Shown piece after piece: positions 34,267-47,625 of a DNA stretch of 64,000 nucleotides. A program made the position numbers and the translations under genes. The stretch's first letter is position 1. Every line of letters starts with the position of its first letter. The notes beneath the pieces were generated by a model, which was given only the letters and a program-made list of their open reading frames with translations, searched no databases and was not told where the DNA came from. Source of the DNA: Chrysomallon squamiferum (lineage: Eukaryota > Animalia > Mollusca); assembly GCA_012295275.1 (NCBI GenBank), contig CM022679.1, forward strand, positions 7,936,001 to 8,000,000, written 5' to 3'.

Positions 34267-37200
34267 ATGTTGTCCCAAACTCCAACTAAACGAATTATGG
34301 ACTTAGAAAGTAAGGTTCATTTTCATCATCTTATTAATCTACAGAATCTTTTTTCATTACGATTGTTACACCGTTTTTTATCATTCAATTAAATTCATTA
34401 ATTCATAATAATAATTGAATTCAGTCATTCGCTCATTGACTCGTTGACGTGATCATTAAGACATTTTCACAGTTAACAATAAATGCATTAATATATACTG
34501 GAATAATAGTTAATACTCTGTTTAATTTTCGCTTTTAATTAGTGACAATGACACCCAGTAGGCACTACAGAGTGCTAAATTAGAGAACAATATTACAATG
34601 TAACGAATATTAATATAATAATAACATATTTGCAGAGCTGACTAATGCCTAACGGAGTAGTACAGATACTGAAAGTAACAAAAATTACTGAAAACAGATG
34701 GTTAATAATAATAAAAATAATAAAATAAAAGTTTACATCTAACTGGCCTTTGGTAATTTACAATAACGGTAATTATGACATAGCATTAAGTATGACAATT
34801 GACAAAAACATGATGGCTCAGTTGACTGATGCCTAAATATCTTTTCCATTCTTGTGCTAAAAATTTAAAATTGGATCAGCTGTAGAAGAAAGGCAAAGAT
34901 AAAATTTGCTTTTCTTTTTCATTTAATTTTTGTTGCTAAAAACCTTTACTAAACTAGTAAGGTTCTTTGTATATGTACATTATACATATATTTAAAATAT
35001 ATATTTTTCAAAAACCAACAAACCACTCCCCAGAAGAAACAACCTTTATACAAATGAACATAATCATGTTAAAAAAATAAAATAAAAGATTTGTATGTTG
35101 AAACAAAAAGGTAACAGTTGAGTGTTTAAATGATAATTAGTTTTTGACTTCCATTTTATGCTTTGCAGCATGGGCAGGTTCTGGTACAGGTTCATCTTCA
35201 TGTCCTGAAAAAAAGAAGAAGAGGAAAAGTCGATGGAATGCCGAAGAAAATGATAAAACAATGATACCTGGAATGCCAACTGTTCTGCCTTGTAATCTAG
35301 ATGCTAACCAAGAGAAACAATATATTGGTAGGCATTCAGTTTACACAATAGTTTTCTTTATTATAAACTGATTTAAAGTTTAAATTATAATTATTATAAG
35401 TTATGTAGCATTAGAGATGATAATTATTATGTATATGCTTTTCTTAATTTTCTTATGTTACTATGTGATGGTCTTGTCAATCGTATTTAATGAGTTTTGT
35501 ATTTCAGTAAAATCTAATTACATCTTGTTTCCATAATCATTTTCTGTTTTAGGACTTGGCATTGGCTGCAATTAATAATTGTTTGTAATTAATCTACATT
35601 CTTTGTTGTTTTACCAAAAGTTGTTAAGAGTTTGGTTTTGATCTCTAGTATAAACTTGAATGAATGTAACAGATTCAGTGTTAGTTCATTTTTCTTGATC
35701 ATGGTTCATGTTAATTATTTTCCATTTTGTCTTTCAAGAAAGTTGTGTCACTTCACTGTTTTCATGGTTTTATTTGACAATATGCCTAAATTTGCATTCT
35801 GATAAATGTTGGGTTTTAAATTGCATGTTTGGTTTATAAAATCAGATGTATAATGATAGGATTTGTATCAAAAAGTTCTTTTCATTCAACGATCTTTAAT
35901 TTTGAGAAGTAGATATTTGAGGTTGATTGTTAACAGTTGTTCTAAAAGTATTGATAGGTAAATAATATTTGGGTTATTTAATAAAAGTGTTGAATATAAA
36001 TAGATTTGTATTCAGTATATTATGATTTATAATTTGAAATTTATGTTTTAAATTTATAGTTTTAATCATATATATATAATAATGTATATATATATTTATA
36101 CATGTTTCTTATTACTCTTGGGTCTAAATTGTAAAATAATATAGAATTTACTGATAGGTATTTACTATAATATCCTTGTGTTTAAAGTAGATATTATTGT
36201 TTAAAAAGTTACATTAGAATTAGCCAGATAATATTTTGTTAGTGGATATGAGGATATTTGAATGCATATAAATAACATACTTAATTATACAAAGTTGTTT
36301 AATTTTCTGTTTATCTTTTTAAGTAGTATATAACAAATAAAATAAATCATATATAATTTATACATATTTATGCAGTTGCTTCTAATTTGTTAATTCTTAT
36401 TTTTCCCCTGCTGGTTTGTATTGCTTTTAGTTTGTCCTGAACATGCTGTTACTCTAATCACTTGTGTTACAGCTCATCTGCAAATTGAAGAGATTAGTCG
36501 CAAGCTGAGAACGGGTGACCTAGGAATTCCACTAAATCCAGAAGACAGGTTTGATGCTGATCCAGTTTTAACCATAACAATCTACTTTTACCAGCAGCTT
36601 CAAGCAATGAACCAGTTTGATTGATATTTCTGTATAATTTTTAATCTTTTTCATTGTCAGTCATTCATCTTGATTCACAGGTTAATGTAATAACTTTATA
36701 TATTTCAGGTGATTTTTTAACTTAATATATATATTTATACTATATATTTTGGTATTGTTGTGATCAGTGTTTGAAACAAATTACTCCTTTTTTTTTTTTG
36801 TTACTTGAGTCTTTCTTTTTATGATGAATGCTATTCAGTTAATTTTTAGATTGCCTTATCACGGCTTTTGATTAAAAAATATGATAGTAGAATTTCAAAG
36901 TATGAGAATAATGGGTTTTGTCAAAGGCTTTTCAAAATTTTCTTCCTTTAATATTTGTCTATTTCTAAAATTAGATTAATTCCAAGATAATTATAATTAC
37001 TGTTTTCTGTGCTTATTACTATTTTTTAATTATTATGCATGATATTTTAAAGCTGTTTACTGTTATTTGACAATATTTTATAAATTGTTTCTCAGTATGT
37101 AGAAATATTCAAATAATGTTTTATACAGTTATTCATTTCTAGATTATATTAGTCTTTTTAGAAAGAAATGATCCATTATTAGTTTGAAATTTAAAAAAAA

Positions 37201-37495
37201 AGAGTTGATTTTTGTTTTTGTGTTTGTGTGTCCACAGTGATTATTCTTTACTAAACTACAGTTGTTTTTATTATGACATATTATTTAATATGCTTTATTT
37301 TCTTTCTAATTATGACATTAAGTTTATAGAAAAAGCTAAATGTGTGTTATTGCAATTAGTCAAATGTTTAATACGCCATTTTATTTCAAGGTGCACTATC
37401 TAAAAATCCTTAATGATTTTTTACAAATAAATTGTGATTTTTCTTGATACAGTTCCACCTTTTCTTTTTCTTTTTTTTTGTTGAATTTTTTAATG

Positions 37496-37537
<42 letters not shown>

Positions 37538-37857
37538 TACTTTGTTACTTTTATTTTATATTTGTCAACATCTGTTGTATTGATTATGCTTACATACCAA
37601 ACCATATAGCCTTTTTTTAAAGCTTTTTTTTTTTTTTTTAACCCCAAGCAAAAATAAAAAACATTCAAGCTTCTTGTGGAATGCAGATAATTACTTATTT
37701 GCTTGAAACACTGAAATTTCAATTTATATAAAGTAGTTGTCTGATAGTTTATTCAGTTTTAACCCCCCTTTTTTTTCTTTTTTTTTTTCAAAAAGTATAC
37801 ATCCTCATATGATTCCTATATTAATTTATTTCAAATAAGTATAGTTGGATTTTATAA

Positions 37858-37888
<31 letters not shown>

Positions 37889-40800
37889 TTGCATGTCATC
37901 CTGCTTAATTAATTTGGATGAAGTTAATTATTTATATATTGGTATCATTAAAAAGAACATATTTTTGGTGTTTTTTATCATCTTAAAAGGTGTATTATTA
38001 TTTAAAAACAAAAACCCTGCTTTTAGTTTCTGCTGTTGTAGTTGTGAATGTTTTCCCCTTAAATATAATGTCAATAGGAGAGCAGTTCAACCAGTAGAAA
38101 ATTTGCTTAATACTAATGTTTTTAAGCTTTGAAAAAAAAAAAAAAAAAAAAATTATTTATTTATTTATTTATTTATTTTTTTATCTTGTAAGTATTTCAG
38201 TTATATACTATATGCATTCTAAGTAACAACTGGAAACAAAAATAAGTTTGATACTGATACTGTTAGGTTAGGTAAAAAATATTATGATAATAATTTTATA
38301 ACCTTGTATTGATAGCAAACACTAAATCACAAATAAAAGCCATATGTATGTAAGTTGGTACATGCATGTGCAGTCTTGGCATGAAGAAAAAAAAATGTTC
38401 ATTCATATAAACAAAATTAGAAGAAAAGCTGAAAAAAAAAAAAAAAAAAAAAAAATATATATCTGGTTGTTCTGCATCCAACAAATTAGCCTAATTCTTT
38501 ATTATTTCCATTTAAGCATAGGCTAATCCCCATCCCCTGCAACCCAGCTGGTTTCCTGTTCTGCGAAATAAATTCCCTTAAAACGATTTTGGAATTCTGG
38601 TACTTAATGATTTGTGTGTAATTAGGTCGCCATCCCCCGAGCCTATCTATAACAATGAAGGAAAACGACTCAACACTCGTGAATACAGAACTCGGAAAAA
38701 ACTGGAGGAAGAACGACATCGACTTGTTCAGGAAGCCATGGCGCTGAATCCTGAATATAAACCTCCCCCGGACTACAAGTGAGTTGTTCTTGATATTACA
38801 GATAATGTAAAAACAAAAATTACGTTTCATTATAGATTTTTTTGTGTTATTCATTTATATTTATAGTTTACGTTTTTATTGCACTATAATTTCAATAAGT
38901 ATTAGATTTAAATACAAAAATGGAAGTAATAATACATTTTTTTAGTACATCCTTTGAATAAGCATAAACACTTTTTATATACTTTCATGTGAGCCAGTGT
39001 TTTAATAATCAACTATTTTAACCCCCAGGCCTCCAGTGATACGAGTAAACGACAAGGTGATGATTCCCCAGGAAGAACATCCAGATATCAACTTCGTTGG
39101 GCTGCTTATTGGCCCAAGAGGAAACACTTTGAAAAACCTAGAGAAAGAGGTATGGATGCAAGAACAAAACTGTAATTTCTTAATTCATTCCTGTGGTAGA
39201 ATGTTTTGTTGTAGTGGTGCATGCTTATCACAAACACACAGAAATTATCAGTGCTATCAGATTACTCTGCTAGAAAGTTATTTCATAAGATTTATTGTTA
39301 CTTTATATATATATATATATTTTTTTTTTTATTAAGTCAGAAACATAGAATATTAGAAATGTTAAACATTAAATTTTATTATCTTATATAACTTTACGAA
39401 CATGAAATCTATGGTCATAACATTGAGAAGTAAATTTGTTTATGTTTATCACAGACTGGTGCCAAAATTATTATACGTGGAAAGGGTTCTGTGAAAGAGG
39501 GTAAGATTGGAAGAAAAGATGGTCAGCCATTACCTGGAGAAGATGAACCACTCCATGCTTACGTCACAGCGAACAACCCTGAAAATGTCAACAAAGCTGT
39601 CGAAAAGGTGAAAATAATGTTACCTGTTGATTCTCTTTGTATTCATCCATCAAGTTTCAGTTAATATTTTGTATTGGTCAGCTACTAGAGAAATCAGTCA
39701 TAGATGAATTTTAATACTTCTGTTATGTATTGTTTTAGTTACAATCTTCATTGACTTGCTGATTATTCGCAGGCAAAGTCTAATATTTTAATTATGTATT
39801 TTCTTCATATAATTGTATATTGTTACAGATAATGATATGAATGTTATGTAATGGCTGTGTGTAACCTTGTACTGTGTGTTTTTAGATTAAAGAGATAATT
39901 CGTCAAGGTATAGAAGTACCAGAAGGTCAGAATGATCTGAGAAGACAACAGCTGAGAGAGCTGGCGCTTCTAAATGGAACACTAAGAGAAAATGATGGAT
40001 TGGCGTAAGATTTATTAACATCCATGCTTGATACAAGAAAAACAAAAAATACTTTTGGATATTCTAAAAGAATATTTCCAATCATTGGTTTGAAATAAAA
40101 GCTTATTACACAGAAAGAAATACTACCATTATTTTAAACAAATTTTGATTGTACTAAATTAAACATACAACAGATAAACCACAAAAAAGAAATATAATAA
40201 AAGTTAATATGTGTGTAACACATTTTCTTTTGTGTTTTGTTTCACAATTTCTTAATTTGACTGATTTGCATATGCATGTCAATTTGTTACCTCATGTTTT
40301 TATATTGTAAACAGTAATTTAATTCTTAAAATGACAAGTGGAAAAGAAAAATTAAAATGATTAGTATTCATCCTCTATACAACACTTATTTTTCAGGAAA
40401 CTAAAACAGCTGCAGCAAGCACAAACGATTGTGACCAACACGATAATCTGTACAGTGTGTGGTGGAGCTGGCCACATAGCACAGGACTGCAAGGAGAAAA
40501 AGTAAGATAAAATACTACTTATAATAGTTTTCACTTTTCTAACAAAAATATTTAATTCTATCTTACAGTTTTACACATTTCTTTTTAACGCCTTTTGTTT
40601 TAGGATAACAGAAGATTGTGAATAAGTTTAAAAAATACATATTATCAATTTTGCCAATTTTTTTTATTCAATGAAATTATACAACTATTTCATTTAATAT
40701 TTTGTAATATTATCTGTTAATCATTATATAAATTATATAAAAATTAGTAATTTTTTTAATGAAATTGTACTGCTGTTTTGTATATCATTATATAATATAA

Positions 40801-41213
40801 TCAATTAATCTCTATGTACCAGTTCAGTTGTATATAATAACATAAGTTATATATAAAAAGCACAAATACGTTTTTTTAGTGCTGCAGCCAATACATGGAA
40901 TGTGTACACACTAACTGATAATATACTTTCAACTCAATGAATCTAATCTAATTTTATTTTATTCAGACCTGGAGACACCTTTAGATTCCAGCAAGCCCAG
41001 ACACCAGTTGATAAAGCAAAGATGGATAGTGAGGTATGTTCTTTAATATGTAAAACATTTTTCTCACTGTAACTTAAAACTAAATTTAATGAAATTAAAT
41101 TCTTAGAAAATGAGAATGGCCTAACCTTGTAATGATTTACCAAACAAAAGTTCATTTCTTTATATCTTTTATAAATACATCTAATATTCCATATGTTACA
41201 TACATTATTATAA

Positions 41214-41253
<40 letters not shown>

Positions 41254-43116
41254 TATTATTATTATTTGTTTGCTTGTTTGTTTTTGAAAGTATAGGCCTT
41301 TTTATGGAATGTTTTATGATTTCATTTTAGAAGCTCTTGTCTTTTTCTAATTACAGTACATGTCTTTGATGGCTGAACTTGGTGAAGGACCTCCCCCACA
41401 GAAAAATGATCGTCCAATGAACACATTTCCACGACCGCCTATGAGCATGCATCCACCCCCAAACCCAATGGTAAGAGTAGTATGTTTATGTATAATTCCA
41501 TTTCAAATAACTGGTTTGCAATACATTTTTTTTGTTGATTTGTTAGATAAAATTTACAAACTGTCTTTTGTTGTTTATTTTTAAATTGATCTGTAAATGT
41601 TATTTATTTTCATCGACAGTCTATAAATCCTCCTTGGTCGCAGCAGAATGCGCCTAAGAGATTGCAGATAGAAAGTCAACCTGTTTTCCAGAATCCTCAG
41701 CTAGGAATGCCTCCCCAGGTCACTTCCAGCAACAATCCTGTCATGTCAGCCCACATGCAGCAGAACATAGCACCTCCTGGGGTGCTGACCATGCCACCCA
41801 CTAGCAATGTGGGTATGCATCCTTGGCAACAAATCAGCAGCTCTGGTCAAACTATGGTCACCTCAACTTCATCTGCTATTGGTGAGTGATTATATATATA
41901 TATATATATATATATACATAGTGAAAATATTTTAAATTAAGGAATGCATGAAGTAACAAGTGTTGGTGAATTTCATCACTAGACTCTTGTGATCAGTATA
42001 TGAAATTATAAGAATAAACCTACTTGAATTAATCTCCCTCAGTGATACTTCACTTAATTAAATTCAAAATTTTTATCTGGTAGCATTTTGAAAACAAATC
42101 CCATCAAGGAGCAGAAAACCCTTTTAAGACTTTCAAAATTATGTACTATTATGCTCCAATTAAACTGAGATTAACAAAGCATAACCAGGTTTTGAATTAT
42201 TCTCAAGATACCTAGATATGCCTGCATCACATGTAATTTCCACTGAGAAAATATTTAGATTGAGCTGAAAATAGAGAATTTCTTGATGAGCTCTGTGCCA
42301 GTACAACATATGTTTGTGATATAAAACTTACATGTGTTTGCAGGTGTTCGACCTCCATTGCCAACCCTGCTTACAGCTCCACCACCACCACCCCCAGCAT
42401 GTCAGCCCCTCAACACTGGGGGAATGCCCTGGATGCAGCAGACCCAAGGTAATTTTACATCTTGGATTTGTTTTATTAATTAATACAATTATATTTTTTT
42501 TCATTTATTTGTACTAAATATTCCGAAACAAAAAGAGCATCCATAGTCACTTACAGTAGTAAATATTAATGTTTACATGTATTAGAAACACAGATTAGAT
42601 ATTGGTTTTATTGTAGATGTTGTTTTGTGTTATACTTATATTTCAGAGAACATTTAACTATTTTGGTTCATCACTCAGTATGCATTTCCTACCTGTCTGA
42701 ATTTGTATATAATTCTAATTGCATAAGAGATCGCACATTTCTGCATTTATTCTTTCTAGCTACATTTATTATTTCTAAAAATTTCTGACACACGTGTAAT
42801 TTTTTTTTTTTTTTTTTTTTTTACAGTAGCTCCTGTGCCACCACCTCCTCCAGTAACTTCAGCTCCGTGGCAGCCAGCCTCCATGGCACCACCTCCACCT
42901 CCATCAAATATACCTCCATGGCAACAACAGACACCTCCGCCGCCAGTTCAAGCCACAATGGCCAATCCTGTCGCGCCTCCCCCTCCATCACAAGGAGGCA
43001 TATACAATCCTGTCGGTGCTCCCCCTCCTCCACCCCCTGGCAGATTTGAAATGAATGCTCTGGGCAGGATAAATCCTCATCTTGTTCCCCCTCCACCACC
43101 ACCCCCTCCAAGTTAA
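34267..43116 (+). CDS. SF1: Splicing factor 1 / branch-point binding protein; 13 coding exons, about 588 aa
   Basis: [18 protein letters not shown] motif, KH-QUA2 domain ([16 protein letters not shown]...GEDEPLHA...[13 protein letters not shown]), zinc knuckle [14 protein letters not shown] and Pro-rich tail. Exons: 34267-34309 (least certain), 35169-35327, 36473-36548, 38626-38778, 39029-39149, 39455-39607, 39886-40004, 40397-40501, 40967-41033, 41357-41470, 41620-41881, 42344-42448, 42827-43116. Phases agree; total 1767 nt. Confidence 0.95.
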
Positions 43117-46100
43117 TTATTTTCATCTGTTGTGTTCCTTCTGATATAATGTGATTTCTAGTACATGAATGGGCATTGGTGTCTAGTTGAATGTAAATAT
43201 GACATTTATTCACCTGTGGCAGGTATCTGGAATTATAAATTGCCCTTTGCATTAAAGACTTCCAGTGTTTCCTATAAAGTTCTTTCCTTAAAGTGGATGT
43301 TAAATAATGGTATATTATAACTGTGCCATAAACTTAAGGATTCCTTTATTTGCCATTTTTCTTTAAGGATAATGTTTATAAAGATGGATGTGTGTAATAT
43401 GTATTCTGATAAACTATAAAGACTTTGTTATTTTCAATGGACAGTTGGTGTTTCTAAAAGAAAATAAATAATTTAGGGCTTGTCTGAATGTATATAAACA
43501 AACTAGATAAAAATTATTCAAGAAATTTGCATTTAGGATGGAATTGTTAGTATTCAAATTGCTGATATTGAAACTAAATCTATATTTTTTTTATTTTTTG
43601 TAAATTGAGTTTCATTTCAGTTTTCTATTTGAAGGATGTCTTTTGTATTAATCATAGCCATCTTCTCTGTAAATATATATAAGGCACTTGTGTATGTTGT
43701 TCAGAATAAGAAATTTCATTGAATTCATGCATAGAATATGTATTAATTTATATCTTGTTTTTGTTAGCATATTTAAGAACAAGATAGTATTGCTTTGGGT
43801 GTAATTAGTCTAGGGAAAAATGGACTGTCATTGTGTTTCCTTCTCTAATTTCCTTTTTATTTATTTCATGAATAGTTTTCACAAATAAAAATAAAAATAT
43901 CATCATACATTACATAGTCTCTGTTAAATATTTTCAGTCATAATGTGAGAAATGGGTGAAAGAAACAAGTTTTGTAAATCTCATGGTTTGTGGAACAAAT
44001 GTATAATATAGATAATTTTAATCTTTCTTTAAACATTTTTAAAAACATCACACGGTTCACGTATCTTTGCTGTACCATATAAAATAATTGGTTTCTAGTA
44101 CTGAATGTTTATCAGTGCTATTATTAGAATAATGTTCTATTTTTTCCCTGTTTACAGTTACTTCTTTTAATTTGTATTTGTGAATGAATTTATGGACATT
44201 ATATTATTGTGCTGAAAAATATCGGCCAGATGTGTGGAAAATTTAATATTAATAAAAAAAAAGTTAATAGTTCTTTGTTAACCAATTGCAAAACTTTAAA
44301 ACAAAATTATTTACTTATTGACTTATTTATTTATTTATTATTTTTTATTTTTAAAAATCTGTACAGTTCGAAACATGCTGGTCAAAGAAATTAGTAAGAT
44401 CTGTTTCACTGAAAATTTTTAAAAATTTGAAGTTCAAAAATACACACACACACACATATATATATATATACATATTTTAATTAATTTATTTACATAAGTC
44501 TGATTCTGTTATCCTGTTGTAATTTTGTCATTATAGTGGATCAGTGATTAACAAAATCAAAACAATGAATTTTGAATTTTAATGTTTTATTCTAACAGAA
44601 CTTGTCTATATATATATATATATATATATTGATTGATTATTAAATCAAAGAAAATGAATCTTGCAATAATTGTATTTTTAATTGAAATAAACAGCAAAAT
44701 GTTCATTTTTTTAATTGTTATTTATTTATTTAATTTTTTTGGTCTATAATATATTTGTTTAATTTATTAAGTTTAATTTTAAAGATCACTTTCTGCAAGG
44801 AAAATAGTGGAATTATAATTTTATTTTAGCATACATAGATACATACATATAAATATTCACACATACATACAAACTTATGCATATAAATATTCACACAAGT
44901 ACATACAAACATAATATATACATATATACACACATACATGCTTGATACATATGTTAAAGTCATCTGATGGGGTTTGTGACCAAAAAAAACTACAACTCCC
45001 CCCCACCCCAAGAAGACTATTAAAGCAATTGTCTGCAATGGGCTGTTTTAAAACAAAATTTAAGGTGGGATATTTAAATTTAAATATAAATCTTTACTTT
45101 TTCAAAATTATCAAATCTATAATTATGTACCGATACAGTGCTTTTCCTTCACAAATTTTTTATATTTTAATACCTGATGTATTCGTGATTGTATCAAGGC
45201 ATAATAACATCTAAACAGTGTCATCAATACTCTTTCTGATTCAATAGATAAAGAAATTACACAGATATAAAATAAAAATAATAAATAAATAAATAGAAAT
45301 CATATTATACAGAAATGGTAAATAATTGTGTGTGTGTGTTTTTTTTCTGAAACATACTTGTTCCTTTTTATGTACTATTAATTTTGACTTATATTTGTTT
45401 TGTTTCTGATGTGGAATCAGTTAAATAAGTTATTTATTTTAAAACATAAACCTACATGAAATATATTAAAGAAAAGTAATACAGAATATGTTTGGCTAAT
45501 AAAATCTTTCCTGCTGCAAGCTGTAGAGCTGTAAATAAAACAGACAAACAAACAAACAAATAAATAAAATGAAAGTAAACAACAACACTGTAAACAAGTT
45601 ATGTAAAATTGGATGGAAACACAGTTAATAGAGATAAACTTGCATTCTGAAACATGGATATAAATTATAGGATTTACATCGAGCTTCGTGATAAAATTCA
45701 CTAAGATAAATAACTATTGTATGTTCATAAATAAAAAGACGTATCATTAAATAATAAACAAATTTAATGAAATAAATATTTCCCTAATGGTATGTACATA
45801 AACTAATAATAACAGACACACACATATACAAACATACATATGTGTGTGTCTGTGTGTACTGATCTCTATATTCCTTAAATAATTTTCTTTCTGTTGATCA
45901 GCTCATCTATTGCTTGACAACTAGAATGATTGATTGATTATATCCTGCAGTATCATTTTTAAAACAGATTTTCAGATTTCAAAATTTCAAATAAATGTTC
46001 TTCAACATTATACAACACTGAACCTAAACTGACTCCTAATAACCATTAACATCAAAATATACTGGCATTGTTTTTATTCATAAACTACATTATTAATGGA

Positions 46101-46834
46101 ACTTTTAAGCAATAGTGCATAAAAACACACAGAATACTTTTTGAAGAATAAAAAACAAACAACAAGATATGAAATAAACATGTATTTATTACATAACTGA
46201 GTATTAACTACATGTTTCATATATACACTGTCAGTTTATTTACTTTTTTTTTTTTTTTATAATGTTGACCGTATTGCACACAAGATTTCTGGAATGAATC
46301 AAGCAAATGAGAGTGCCAAATAAAGAGCTGGCAAGAAAACAACAACGGCAAAACTGCACCTAATATCACAACAAAATCTAGAACAAAGGGAAAATACAAC
46401 ACAGTTGAGCAGTTGGGAACTGAAATTGGTTAAAAAGTGTTTAAAAACACTTGTCACAATATTACACATTTGAAAGATTCTAAATACATATATTCCTCTC
46501 ATCTTCTTGTAAAATGACTATAAAAATGGGGAAAATGAAAGCACTATAATATGGTGTTCTATGAACATTCATTTTAAATTCTTTTTTTTCTTTTTTTAAA
46601 TCTCGTCTGATTATTATCCTCACTAATTACAAGATGCAGCAAAAAGGTGAAATATGTATCTGAGGTAATTTCTTAATTATAAAATAGTCTTGAATAAAAA
46701 TGGAGAGAAAGAAAAAAATTATTACTGATGAATTAAAAGATAAATTTATCTAATAAATAACTATTCATATTCCACTTTTATCAATAACAACAATAACAAA
46801 ATTAAAATGAAAAGAAATAAATAACTTCAACAAA

Positions 46835-47625
46835 CATAAACCAGAAACATCGAACAGTTCTGAATATGCAATTCAGATGAGCTTTTATCACTAAGGATTC
46901 TTTTAATAAAACAATTGAACATCCACTATCAAATTAAAAAAAAAATTAAAAAAATAAAAGGACCAAACATTTACATTTAAAAGTAAAATGTCTGAGTCAC
47001 TTTTTAAATATTTTTTCCTTTTTTTTAAATGGCTATTCATATTGCACTTAATAAAATAAGCAAAAAATTAAAATAATAGAAATAACTTCAATGAAGAGAA
47101 ACCAGAAATTCTTGAATATTTCCAAACATTAATACAGAAGAGATTTTATTACTGGGGTTTCTTTTAATAAAACAATTGAAGATCCAGAATTGCTCACATA
47201 ATTTATTAAAAAGCAAGCTAACTTTAAAAAATAAAAAATAAAAAAATAAAAATAAAATAACTTCCACCAGGTGAAACCAGACATTAAACATTTCTGAACA
47301 AGCAATAAAGATGCAAATGTATTACAGAGACTTATTTTAATATAACAACTAAACAACTACTATCATATTTCAAAACAACCCAACCATTTACTGTATTAAA
47401 AAGTGAGTTATAAAAAAAAAAAATTTAAAATTATATAGTAAATAATTCTTTAAATTCCACTTTAATGAAAAAAAAAATATATATAAAAAAATATATATAT
47501 ATATGTCATATAAACTAAAAAAAAAAAAATAAAAAAAAAAAAAATAATTTATACAAGAAGAAACTGCAGACATTAAACATATCTGAATATGCAACATAGA
47601 TACTGAGATTTTATTAATGTAATAT
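46835..47625. repeat. Degenerate dispersed repeat, about 90 bp, about 4 copies
   Basis: aaaccaga.a...aaca..tctgaa...gagattttatta...cttttaataaaacaattgaa.atcca variants at about 46838, 47099, 47273 and 47560. Confidence 0.55.

Noticed and set aside
35520-35580. Possible extra stop-containing exon in SF1 intron 2 (ttttctgttttag|gacttggc...taa)
   Set aside because: An acceptor-like site only, with no convincing donor; such sites are frequent in T-rich introns.
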